From an uncultured virus (IMG/VR IMGVR_UViG_3300020207_000018) (taxonomy: Duplodnaviria > Heunggongvirae > Uroviricota > Caudoviricetes), in IMG/VR virus record IMGVR_UViG_3300020207_000018, positions 1 to 64,000 of that record: 64,000 bases of DNA; one strand, given 5' to 3'. The notes beneath the pieces are model-generated. The model was given only the letters and a program-made list of their open reading frames with translations, had not been told where the DNA came from and ran no database searches. Below, one piece after another: positions 39,407 through 47,891 of the stretch. The position numbers were made by a program, and so were the translations under genes. Numbering within the stretch: the stretch's first letter is position 1; every line of letters begins with the position of its first letter.

Positions 39407-41007
39407 GAGACTTTATTCGCTCTCGCATACGCTCTTTCATATACGTCTAACATATTTATATCACTGGTATCCATGTCTTTTATCCATGGGCCACCACGTG
39501 TCCAGTGAATTGCTAAAGCATGTGGTTTGTCTAAATGTGTTTCATATCCTTCAGTTATAATATGTCTAGGTGGTATTCTACTGATCTTGTCTGTCCATTC
39601 AAATTGATGTAAATACTTTCCTGACTCTGTATTCACTACTTCTGGTGTTAACTTCTTACAGTCTTCGTGTGCATTATTGAATACCATAAGACTAGACCAC
39701 AATTTCTTAGGATAAGAAACATTCTTTTCGCCATCAAATTTAGTATCACTATGATTTTCGAAATCGTATTGTACACAAGCAATAGCATCTTTTGGGTCTA
39801 AGAAATAGAATAGTGGTAGTATAGACTTACTAAACAATATGTCATCATCTAAGAAGATACTGAAACCTTCATAATTTTCTAGGTAAGGTATTAAGAATCT
39901 ACTATATGTAAACTCTGTTGATTGATTAGCATACTCTCTAGTGTATTCAGGTATCTTTGATACATCTAGTATCTTAATATTAGGTTGCCAGTCTTTTATA
40001 AATTCATACATGTCACCTTTACCAAAACCATATTCAATTCCTTTTTGAAGCAACTTAACATTTGTTTCAGCAAGATCACCATGACGACTATCGTAACCCA
40101 CATAGATTGATATAGGTTTGCCTTTTGCCATTTTCATAATGTTTTTATTGAAGTCTGTAACTGTACTTCTAAAACCGATATCAGCAAAAGCACTATGCAT
40201 TTCTATAAAACCCTCTGTATATGTAAATGAAAGATGTGTTGGTTTATCTTTCTTTTCAACAAAGGCTTTCCATAATTCAATTACTTGTTCAGCTGATAGA
40301 ACTTCTGAATCAAATAAATCAAACTTATCCCATACAAACATTTCCATATCTGGATCATCTATCATTTCAAATACTGCTGATCTTACAGAACCTGGATGTA
40401 TTCTAAGAGTGTATCGTTCTTCTTCTGAAGAAGGTTTGTTCACTACACCTTGGATTGGATTCCAAAGGCCTTCATGTTTGATACTATCAATTAACCAGTG
40501 TGCTTTAGCACTGTGATAATAAGTTGAATTATTGATTTCTAATTGTCTTTCAGTTGGGCCTTCTGCACCAAAAACATATTTTGTATAGTCTGTTATCTTT
40601 TGATATTCATCATTTCGGTTTTTGAAATCAAAGCCAGAATGACCAGGTATTGGTGTTTCAGGTTTTTCAGTATAACCGTACTGCAAATAATATTGATAGA
40701 CATATGCTTGATGTTGTAATTGATTAAACGGTTGTAATTTTGTTGTATCAGAATAATCGTATAATCTTTCGTCTATCAATTTAGAAGCTTCTTTCCATTT
40801 AACATGCTTTAGTTTTGGTAATTTATTCTTCATCAACCAATCTAAAGACTTATATGCTTCAGTTTCCTTGTAGTCTTTGGATAGTTCGATACTACCAATA
40901 TGACAATGATCCATGAAAATGACTTCATCGCCACTATCTGGCCCAAATGGTGATCTTCTATTTTGAAATGCTTCTTGTACGGCTTCTAAGGTTTCTAATT
41001 TTCTCAT
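39403..41007 (-). CDS. Two-domain protein: unknown N-terminal domain plus GT-A (GT8-like) glycosyltransferase
   Basis: IYVGYDSR, STEFTYSRFLIPYL, FLDDD, WSSLMVFN, LHQFEW, IHWTRGGPW. Confidence 0.8.
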   Translation of the reverse strand: MRKLETLEAVQEAFQNRRSPFGPDSGDEVIFMDHCHIGSIELSKDYKETEAYKSLDWLMKNKLPKLKHVKWKEASKLIDERLYDYSDTTKLQPFNQLQHQAYVYQYYLQYGYTEKPETPIPGHSGFDFKNRNDEYQKITDYTKYVFGAEGPTERQLEINNSTYYHSAKAHWLIDSIKHEGLWNPIQGVVNKPSSEEERYTLRIHPGSVRSAVFEMIDDPDMEMFVWDKFDLFDSEVLSAEQVIELWKAFVEKKDKPTHLSFTYTEGFIEMHSAFADIGFRSTVTDFNKNIMKMAKGKPISIYVGYDSRHGDLAETNVKLLQKGIEYGFGKGDMYEFIKDWQPNIKILDVSKIPEYTREYANQSTEFTYSRFLIPYLENYEGFSIFLDDDILFSKSILPLFYFLDPKDAIACVQYDFENHSDTKFDGEKNVSYPKKLWSSLMVFNNAHEDCKKLTPEVVNTESGKYLHQFEWTDKISRIPPRHIITEGYETHLDKPHALAIHWTRGGPWIKDMDTSDINMLDVYERAYARANKVS

Positions 41008-41036
41008 AATATAAAATATAGTTTATTTAACTATAT

Positions 41037-42167
41037 TTATGACGTAATTGGAGATGCTGGCCACTGTTGTGACAATACACCGTCCCAACGATTCACTGGT
41101 GTTCTACCTTGTGTAGCGTAAGTACTTGGTGATCTATGTTGATAGGTAAACGGAGTTCTACCTTGTCTAGAATATGTACTTGGTGATCTATGTTGATAGG
41201 TAAACGGAGTTTGACCTTGTCTTGCATATGTCACAGGTTGCCTATGTTGATATGTACTTGGCGATTGTGTTATTCTAGGATCTCTGTAAGTACTTGGTGA
41301 TCTGTGTTGATATGTGCTAGGTACACGATATGCTCTAGGATCTCTGTAAGTACTTGGTGATCTATGGTTATACGTGCTAGGTACTCTATAACTTCTTGGA
41401 TCACGATATGTAGATGGTGATCTGTGTTGATATGTGCTAGGTACACGATATGATCTTGGGTCTTGATATGTAGACGGCGATCTATGTTGATATGTGCTAG
41501 GTACACGATATGATCTAGGATCACGGTATGTAAATGGCGATCTATGGTTATATGTAAACGGTGACCTATGTTGATACGTAAACGGTGATCTATGTTGATA
41601 AGTCGAAGGTTGTCTAGCGCCTCTAATATTAGGTTCTTGTGCTGATACAGGGTGTCTGTAACCTGCTGGTTGTTGTGCTGATCTAATATTAGGTTCTTGT
41701 GCTGATACAGGGTGTCTATAACCTGCTGGTTGTCTAGCATTACCAATTACTGGTTGTTGTGCTGATACAGGTGCTCTATATGCTGCTGGTTGTCTAGCAT
41801 TTCTAATATTAGGTTCTTGTGCTGATCTGATATTAGGTTCTTGACCGCTTCTAATATTAGGTTCTTGTGCTGATCTAATATTAGGTTGTTGACCATTCGC
41901 AATATAAGGCGACTGGAAAGTAAACGGTTGCCTTGCGTTATTAGGTTGTTGAGCATTTGCAATATAAGGCGACTGGAAAGTAAACGGTTGCCTTGCGTTA
42001 TTAGGTTGTCTAGCATTTGCAATATAAGGTGACTGATATGTAAATGGATTCTGGAATGTAAATGGATTCTGGAATGTAAATGGATTCTGGAAAGTAAAAG
42101 GTGTCTGCACAGGAACAGAAGCCTGTGTAATACCTTGAGCATTTGCTGGATAAAAACCTGTTGCCAT
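41037..42167 (-). CDS. Pro-delimited repeat protein B (39 units, 334 of 376 aa); antiparallel complement of 42179..43954
   Basis: Units PFTFQN, PNNARQ, PYIANAQQ, PNIRSAQE, PAGYRHPVSAQE, PSTYQHRS, PSTYRDPRSYRV, PSTYSRQGRT. Confidence 0.85.
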   Translation of the reverse strand: MATGFYPANAQGITQASVPVQTPFTFQNPFTFQNPFTFQNPFTYQSPYIANARQPNNARQPFTFQSPYIANAQQPNNARQPFTFQSPYIANGQQPNIRSAQEPNIRSGQEPNIRSAQEPNIRNARQPAAYRAPVSAQQPVIGNARQPAGYRHPVSAQEPNIRSAQQPAGYRHPVSAQEPNIRGARQPSTYQHRSPFTYQHRSPFTYNHRSPFTYRDPRSYRVPSTYQHRSPSTYQDPRSYRVPSTYQHRSPSTYRDPRSYRVPSTYNHRSPSTYRDPRAYRVPSTYQHRSPSTYRDPRITQSPSTYQHRQPVTYARQGQTPFTYQHRSPSTYSRQGRTPFTYQHRSPSTYATQGRTPVNRWDGVLSQQWPASPITS

Positions 42168-42178
42168 TTTACTTTAGA

Positions 42179-43954
42179 TTACTTAGGTGATGGTTTAAAG
42201 AAGAAGAAGTTGTGAGCTAATACACCATTTGCAAAGAAATTGTGATTGTCGCCAACGTTCTTCAAGTTATACACCTGTTGTGAATCTTTCTCCTCTATTT
42301 TAATTATTTCTAGTCCTATTTCTGTACCTAGTACAGCATCTGTCATGGTCATCAAATGATCACCGACTGCGATTTCTGAATTTACAAATTCATCTCCACC
42401 TTCTTCTTTGTGGAATTCTTTAAATTTCTCTAAGTTGATAACACCCCATTCACCATTCATTGTTCTAAATGGATGTTCTGAAGTTGTTTCAAGTATTCTA
42501 CCGTCTGATAAATGTATCTCATGTATTGATACTTCTCTTGGTTGCATCAACTCTTCGACTACACCGATCTCTAATTTATTTGTCTCTTCGTTCCAAGTCA
42601 TTACGTCTTGACCAACTTCTACTGTTTCAATTGGTACATGACTGCCATCGCCCAACCATATCATTGTGCCGGCAACAAAACATCCTTTGCCACCTCCAGG
42701 AATGTTACCAGGTATTGGACCAAACGGTTGATAGAAGTACACTGCTGGGAAGATAAATGGATATCTTGCTGTTTGTTGTGTAGTACTTGGTTGCCTTGCG
42801 TTATTTGGTTGCCTTGCGTTGTTTGGTTGCCTTGCGTTATTAGGTTGTCTAGCAGCAACTGGTTGTCTTGCCTGATACGTAAACGGCGCACGGAATGTAA
42901 ATGGAGTCCTTGCGTTATTAGGTTGTCTTGCCTGATACGTAAACGGCGCACGGAATGTAAATGGAGTCCTTGCGTTATTAGGTTGTCTTGCCTGATACGT
43001 AAACGGCGATCTATGGTTATACGTAAACGGTGATCTGTGGTTATATGTAAACGGTGATCTGTGGTTATACGTATACGGTGATCTATGTTGATACGTAAAT
43101 GGCACCCTATATGATCTTGGATCACGGTATGTAAATGGTGATCTGTACGCATACGTAAACGGTATCTGATATGATCTTGGATCACGGTATGTAAATGGTG
43201 ATCTATGTTGATACGTAAATGGCACCCTATATGATCTTGGGTCTCTATATGTAAATGGTGACCTATGTTGATACGTAAACGGTGTTTGTGCGTTTCTGAT
43301 ATTTGGTTCTTGTGCAGACCTAATATTTGGTTCTTGACCGCTTCTAATATTAGGCTCTTGAGCAGCAACTGGATGTTGATAAGATGCTGGTGTTTGTCTA
43401 TTTCTTATAAACGGAGTCTGAGCACTTACAGGGTGATTATACCCAGCTGGTGTTTGTGCGTTTCTGATAAACGGATTCTGTGCATTAACAGGATGTTGAT
43501 AAGAAGCAGGTTGTTGTGCGTTTCTGATAAACGGATTCTGTGCATTTACTGGATGTCTATAGAATGCTGGTGTTTGTCTATTTCTTATAAACGGATTCTG
43601 TGCATTAACAGGATGTCTATATGATACAGAGTTTTGTGCATTCGCAATATAAGGCGATTGAGCATTCGCAATATAAGGATACGGCTGTTGTGCATCTCTT
43701 ATAAATGGATTCTGTCTATTAGCAATATAAGGATACGGCTGTTGTGCATCTCTTATAAATGGATTCTGTCTATTAGCAATATAAGGATATGGCTGTTGTG
43801 TAGGTTGTTGACCTGATGCGTTATTCCACCCACTAGGAGTTTTAATGTAAATTTGATCTACATCTTTCCAAGTGTTTGAAGCAGTTTTAACCCATGCACC
43901 TTGGGTTGAATTCCAACCTGAGGGGGTTTTTACTTTCTGTGAGCCTGTCGCCAT
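42179..43954 (-). CDS. Pro-delimited repeat protein A (39 units) with C-terminal Hint domain; putative fibre subunit
   Basis: W-rich N-terminal cap, repeat residues 55-388, then CFVAGT...TSEHPF...HNFFANGVLAHN. Confidence 0.85.
   Translation of the reverse strand: MATGSQKVKTPSGWNSTQGAWVKTASNTWKDVDQIYIKTPSGWNNASGQQPTQQPYPYIANRQNPFIRDAQQPYPYIANRQNPFIRDAQQPYPYIANAQSPYIANAQNSVSYRHPVNAQNPFIRNRQTPAFYRHPVNAQNPFIRNAQQPASYQHPVNAQNPFIRNAQTPAGYNHPVSAQTPFIRNRQTPASYQHPVAAQEPNIRSGQEPNIRSAQEPNIRNAQTPFTYQHRSPFTYRDPRSYRVPFTYQHRSPFTYRDPRSYQIPFTYAYRSPFTYRDPRSYRVPFTYQHRSPYTYNHRSPFTYNHRSPFTYNHRSPFTYQARQPNNARTPFTFRAPFTYQARQPNNARTPFTFRAPFTYQARQPVAARQPNNARQPNNARQPNNARQPSTTQQTARYPFIFPAVYFYQPFGPIPGNIPGGGKGCFVAGTMIWLGDGSHVPIETVEVGQDVMTWNEETNKLEIGVVEELMQPREVSIHEIHLSDGRILETTSEHPFRTMNGEWGVINLEKFKEFHKEEGGDEFVNSEIAVGDHLMTMTDAVLGTEIGLEIIKIEEKDSQQVYNLKNVGDNHNFFANGVLAHNFFFFKPSPK
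42209..42682 (-). other. Hint / intein-like autoprocessing domain
   Basis: Cys1 (CFVAGT), block B TSEHPF, VYNL, terminal His-Asn. Confidence 0.85.
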
Positions 43955-43987
43955 TTAATCCTTTCTCGCTTTTTATCTATTTATCAA

Positions 43988-46285
43988 TTATGAATAAAGA
44001 ATCCATAGATCACCAACTGCTCCGTCACCTGAAGTAGGTGCAGAAGTTGATTGATATATGTTTCTCGCAACACCACCACTATTTGAAGCGTATGATGTTG
44101 AAATTTGTGATGCTCTAAAGTTTGCGTCTGTTAATGTTAACGAACCTGTAGAAGCACCAGTTGCAGTTGTTGTAGCAACTACAAACTCATCAGCACTTTC
44201 GTCCCAACCCATAAATGCGTTGTCGCCAGTTGAACCTCTTTCTAACACAAGACCAAGGTCATTTGAGTTAGCACCTGTGTTACCAGACCCTAATTCAATC
44301 AATGCATCACTGATTGTTGTATTTGTAGAATCTACAGTTGATGTAGTACCATTAACTGTTAGGTTACCAGATAATGTTAAGTTACCAAATTGTACGTTAC
44401 TTGTTGTAGCAACTGCCTGACCAATACTTATTTCACCTGAACTAATTGAGACACCAGTTCCTGCACTAATATGACTTCTAACTTCTGAAGCGCTTGGGCC
44501 AGTATATGTGATTACACCAGTAGATGAATTGTATGCTAAACTTCCATCACCACCTGAATCAGTAACAGAGATTGAACCTCTTGCATCTGAATCAGCATAT
44601 TGTGTAATTGTTGTTGCAAGTGTTAAGGTACCATTTACATCATCGTATGTTGATGTGATGCCTGTACCTGCTGTTACTAAAGCATTTACTCTGTCATCAA
44701 CTCTTTCCTCTGTGAAGTATAAGTTTGATGAACCTTCTGTTAACGAATCTGTATCTGGTAATAATGCATTAACTCTAGCATCTGCTCTAGCGTTTGTAAA
44801 GTAAAGGTTTGAACCTTCTGAAATATGAGCAGTTGTTGAAGGTATTGTAATAGCACCTGTACTTGAATCATATGCACCTGCACCAGAGTTTGTACTTAGA
44901 GATGCTCTTGCTCTAGCATCTGTATAGAATAAGTTTGTTGAACCTTCTGTAATGTCATCTGAATCACCACTTAGTTCACTTAATGCATCTGCTGTATCTA
45001 CTTGTGCATCAACATAAGTTTTGACTGCTAACTGAGAAGGTACTAAAGTATCTGAAGCACTACCAAAATTAACATCTGTATCGATTGCATTTTGAACTCT
45101 AGCGTCTGCTCTTGCATTTGTAAAGTATAAGTTTGTAGAGCCTTCTGTTATTTCATCTGTATTGTCTTTACTTGCGACTTGTGAATCTACATATGCTTTA
45201 ACTGATTGTTGAGAAGGTATTCTTGTTTCACTATTAGACACCATATTATCTTCATCGATAAGAGCTGCTGTGATTCTAGCATCTGCTCTAGCGTCAGTGA
45301 AATATAAGTTTGAACCTTCTGCTAAATCACCAGTGTCATGGTTAGCAATACTAGTAACTGTACCAGTTACGTTACCAGTTAAGTTTCCTTCGAATGTTCC
45401 TGCAACAAAAGTTTCTGAACCGACTGTCCATTTATCGTTGGTCTCATCCCATAAGAATGTTTTTGCAGTTGAACTACCTCTAGTTACACTCAAACCAGCA
45501 TCTTCTGTTGGTGAACCTGAAGTAAAGTTACTGTTTAATGCGATTGTGTTGTCTGCAAGGTTAATTGTCTCTGAGTTTACAGTTGTTGTTGTACCTGAAA
45601 CTGTTAGTGAACCTGAGATTGTAACATCATCGTTAAGTGAAATAACACCATTTCCGTTACCACTCAATACTAAGTTAGTATCAGCTGATCTGGACACGAT
45701 TTGATCAACTGCAATATTGTTACTAAATGTGATGTTGTTTCCTGCACTGTTGGTAATATTGTTACCGTCTTCGATTTGAACTGGACCTTTAAGTGCAATA
45801 ACACCTGATCCTGTTGCATCTAACTCTAAATCACCAGAACCACTTGTCTGTATAGACATGTTTTGGTTAGAGTCAGCACTAAAGACGATTGTACCTGAGT
45901 CATCTGAAATAACCTGTTGTCCGTTAACATATAAAGAACCAGGTCCAACGTATACGTCTTTCCATGTTCTACTTGATGAACCTAAGTCGTATGTGTTATC
46001 TGCGCTTGGTATGATGTTACCTGCAAATGTACCACCACCTAAGTATGATAATACATCTGAGTCGCCGTATTGGGCTGCACCTGCGATTGTTAGTGTGTTA
46101 GCAGCATCATCGTATGTTAATGTGATGCCTGTACCTGCTGTTAAAAGTTGAGCGACTCTATCGTCTACTGACTCATCTAATGCTGATGCTGAAATTGAAC
46201 CAACGTATGATCCAGAAGAGCTAATAACCTCTGTTCCACCGATTGACAGGCCGTTTTTAATATTAAAATTCTTTTCCCCTGCCAT
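43988..46285 (-). CDS. Tail-fibre-like structural protein with EGSxNLYFTxARA repeats
   Basis: About six TEG(S/T)xNL(Y/F)(F/Y)T repeats, GNLTVNGTT motifs, C-terminal GDGAVGDLWILY. Confidence 0.8.
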   Translation of the reverse strand: MAGEKNFNIKNGLSIGGTEVISSSGSYVGSISASALDESVDDRVAQLLTAGTGITLTYDDAANTLTIAGAAQYGDSDVLSYLGGGTFAGNIIPSADNTYDLGSSSRTWKDVYVGPGSLYVNGQQVISDDSGTIVFSADSNQNMSIQTSGSGDLELDATGSGVIALKGPVQIEDGNNITNSAGNNITFSNNIAVDQIVSRSADTNLVLSGNGNGVISLNDDVTISGSLTVSGTTTTVNSETINLADNTIALNSNFTSGSPTEDAGLSVTRGSSTAKTFLWDETNDKWTVGSETFVAGTFEGNLTGNVTGTVTSIANHDTGDLAEGSNLYFTDARADARITAALIDEDNMVSNSETRIPSQQSVKAYVDSQVASKDNTDEITEGSTNLYFTNARADARVQNAIDTDVNFGSASDTLVPSQLAVKTYVDAQVDTADALSELSGDSDDITEGSTNLFYTDARARASLSTNSGAGAYDSSTGAITIPSTTAHISEGSNLYFTNARADARVNALLPDTDSLTEGSSNLYFTEERVDDRVNALVTAGTGITSTYDDVNGTLTLATTITQYADSDARGSISVTDSGGDGSLAYNSSTGVITYTGPSASEVRSHISAGTGVSISSGEISIGQAVATTSNVQFGNLTLSGNLTVNGTTSTVDSTNTTISDALIELGSGNTGANSNDLGLVLERGSTGDNAFMGWDESADEFVVATTTATGASTGSLTLTDANFRASQISTSYASNSGGVARNIYQSTSAPTSGDGAVGDLWILYS

Positions 46286-46545
46286 TAGATAGTACCTCCG
46301 TCAACTTGCGGTAATGAAAACTCACCCGTTGATGAGTTATAAGATAAATTCGTTTCTCCAGATGCTAATGAAATAGCACCTCTTGCTTTTGCGTTAGTAA
46401 AATATTGATTCGTTGCACCTTCTGTGATGTCATCTGAGTCTAGTGCGGATACTGATCCAGCGGTAATTTTACCAGCACTAGTTATGACCTCTGTAGAACC
46501 GATGTTTAATCCGTATTCTATAACAAAATTATTTTGTGTTGCCAT
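46285..46545 (-). CDS. Small fibre-associated protein
   Basis: One EGATNQYFT repeat, ends DGGTI; N-terminus resembles that of 43988..46285. Confidence 0.65.
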   Translation of the reverse strand: MATQNNFVIEYGLNIGSTEVITSAGKITAGSVSALDSDDITEGATNQYFTNAKARGAISLASGETNLSYNSSTGEFSLPQVDGGTI

Positions 46546-46633
46546 GGTTAGTGTGTCCTAATTGAGTGTATACAGTATTATTTAGTAGAGATTACTCTTC
46601 AAAAAGGTGGTTTAAACAAAATTTAAACAAAAA

Positions 46634-47374
46634 TCATACTTTAATTAATTGACGTGACCATTTGAATACAGTCGAGTTTGCAGAAGCAGGTGTAATCTTT
46701 AAAACTACATTACCACTTTCAACTGCAACTGATACTGAATACAACGAACTATTTGTAACTATCTCAGCGTATTGTGTAAAGTAAGCAGTTGAACCGTCAT
46801 GAATTACAACAACTTCAGATGTGTGATAGTTTGTACCCTCTGTTGCTTGTAAAATATACTTAGCACTTCGATAATTTGATAAAGAAAACGAATCTAAGTC
46901 TGTTTCCGATGTTGTAGTGGTTGTTGTACCTGTATTACTATCAACAACCAAACTATCGATTGTTAATGTGTCTGAAGCAGTGATAGTAGTGCATGTTAAA
47001 TCACCAACTTCTAAAGCTGCTTTAGCGTAACCTGTGCCTGAAGTGTTAACTGTTGTAGTAGGTTCTACTTCTAAACCGTCAAATAATTTCCATGTAGAAT
47101 CACTAGCATCTCTAAAAAGACCTGTGAACTCATTGCCGCTGTCTGATAAACCATCATCGTAGTTACCATATAACCCTATGTCAACTGTATCTGAACTCGT
47201 GTTTGAGTTCGCAAGTTCGATCATTGAGTCTATAACAGACGTGGTTGTACTGTTAACGGTAGTTTGTGTACCATTAACTGTTAAATTGCCTGTGATTGTC
47301 GCATCGCCATCGACCAACAGGTCTTGACCTGTTTCTAGTCCTATGTCTGCATAAAATTTTGATTTTGTTGCCAT
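46634..47374 (-). CDS. Virion structural/fibre protein
   Basis: [12 protein letters not shown]-terminal YRSAKY...HDGS...ITPASANST domain shared with the next two genes. Confidence 0.7.
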   Translation of the reverse strand: MATKSKFYADIGLETGQDLLVDGDATITGNLTVNGTQTTVNSTTTSVIDSMIELANSNTSSDTVDIGLYGNYDDGLSDSGNEFTGLFRDASDSTWKLFDGLEVEPTTTVNTSGTGYAKAALEVGDLTCTTITASDTLTIDSLVVDSNTGTTTTTTSETDLDSFSLSNYRSAKYILQATEGTNYHTSEVVVIHDGSTAYFTQYAEIVTNSSLYSVSVAVESGNVVLKITPASANSTVFKWSRQLIKV

Positions 47375-47430
47375 AATAATCTCAAAAATATATTCTCAGT
47401 ACTATTTATGACTTTTTGGAAGTAAAAGAA

Positions 47431-47450
47431 AGGGGATCATGTGATCCCCT
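47431..47450 (-). terminator. Intrinsic terminator
   Basis: AGGGGATCA-tg-TGATCCCCT hairpin with a U-rich tail on the minus strand. Confidence 0.65.
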
Positions 47451-47470
47451 CTCAAGAAAGTTGCTTAGTT

Positions 47471-47881
47471 CTAAGCGCCTACTAAAGTCCTGTGGAATTT
47501 AATAGTTGTACTGTTTGCTGAGGCAGGTGTAATTCTGAGTCTCAAGTCGGAACCATTAATGTCAGCATCGAATGATGCAACACTAGTGTTTTTCAATGTA
47601 CCGTATTGAGTCATGGTTACTGCGCTTCCGTCATGTACTAATACTATCTCAGTTGAATGATAGTTAGAACCTTCTGACATTGCAATAACATATCTAGCAG
47701 CTCTAAAGTCAGCATGGGCAAAAGTGTCCAAGTCGACTTGAGATGTAGATGTTGTTGTTAATGCTGTAGACGTTCTATGTTTAGTATCCAACTCTTTAGA
47801 AGTAGTGATGACATCATTAGATGAATCGTAAGACAATACTCTAATTAACTCAGCGACTTTAAATGCATTTGTTTTAGCCAT
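47471..47881 (-). CDS. Virion structural protein (shared C-terminal domain)
   Basis: FRAARYVI...HSTEIVLVHDGS...ITPASANST. Confidence 0.7.
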   Translation of the reverse strand: MAKTNAFKVAELIRVLSYDSSNDVITTSKELDTKHRTSTALTTTSTSQVDLDTFAHADFRAARYVIAMSEGSNYHSTEIVLVHDGSAVTMTQYGTLKNTSVASFDADINGSDLRLRITPASANSTTIKFHRTLVGA

Positions 47882-47891
47882 TGTCTACTCC

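Noticed and set aside
42209..42682. Mobile intein with homing endonuclease
   Set aside because: The domain is only about 158 aa, has no LAGLIDADG or HNH motifs, sits at the protein end, and lacks a nucleophilic +1 residue.
41100..43792. DNA-level inverted repeat or sense/antisense coding as the cause of the A/B mirror
   Set aside because: Both genes are on the same strand and opposed units are not reverse complements. For example, the DNA for PFTYQHRS (ccgtttacgtatcaacatagatca) is unrelated to the reverse complement of the DNA for PNIRSAQE (cctaatattagatcagcacaagaa). The symmetry is at the protein level.
41100..43800. CRISPR array or DGR template/variable repeats
   Set aside because: Repeats are in-frame multiples of 3 (18-60 bp) with synonymous variation and no unique spacers. 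No cas or reverse transcriptase gene is in the window, and I saw no adenine-specific mismatch pattern.
41270..43816. Alternative-frame ORFs 41270..41746, 41747..42142, 42661..43368 (-) and 42608..43033, 43265..43624, 43634..43816 (+)
   Set aside because: These are shadow ORFs created by stop-poor periodic repeats, with no RBS or independent features.
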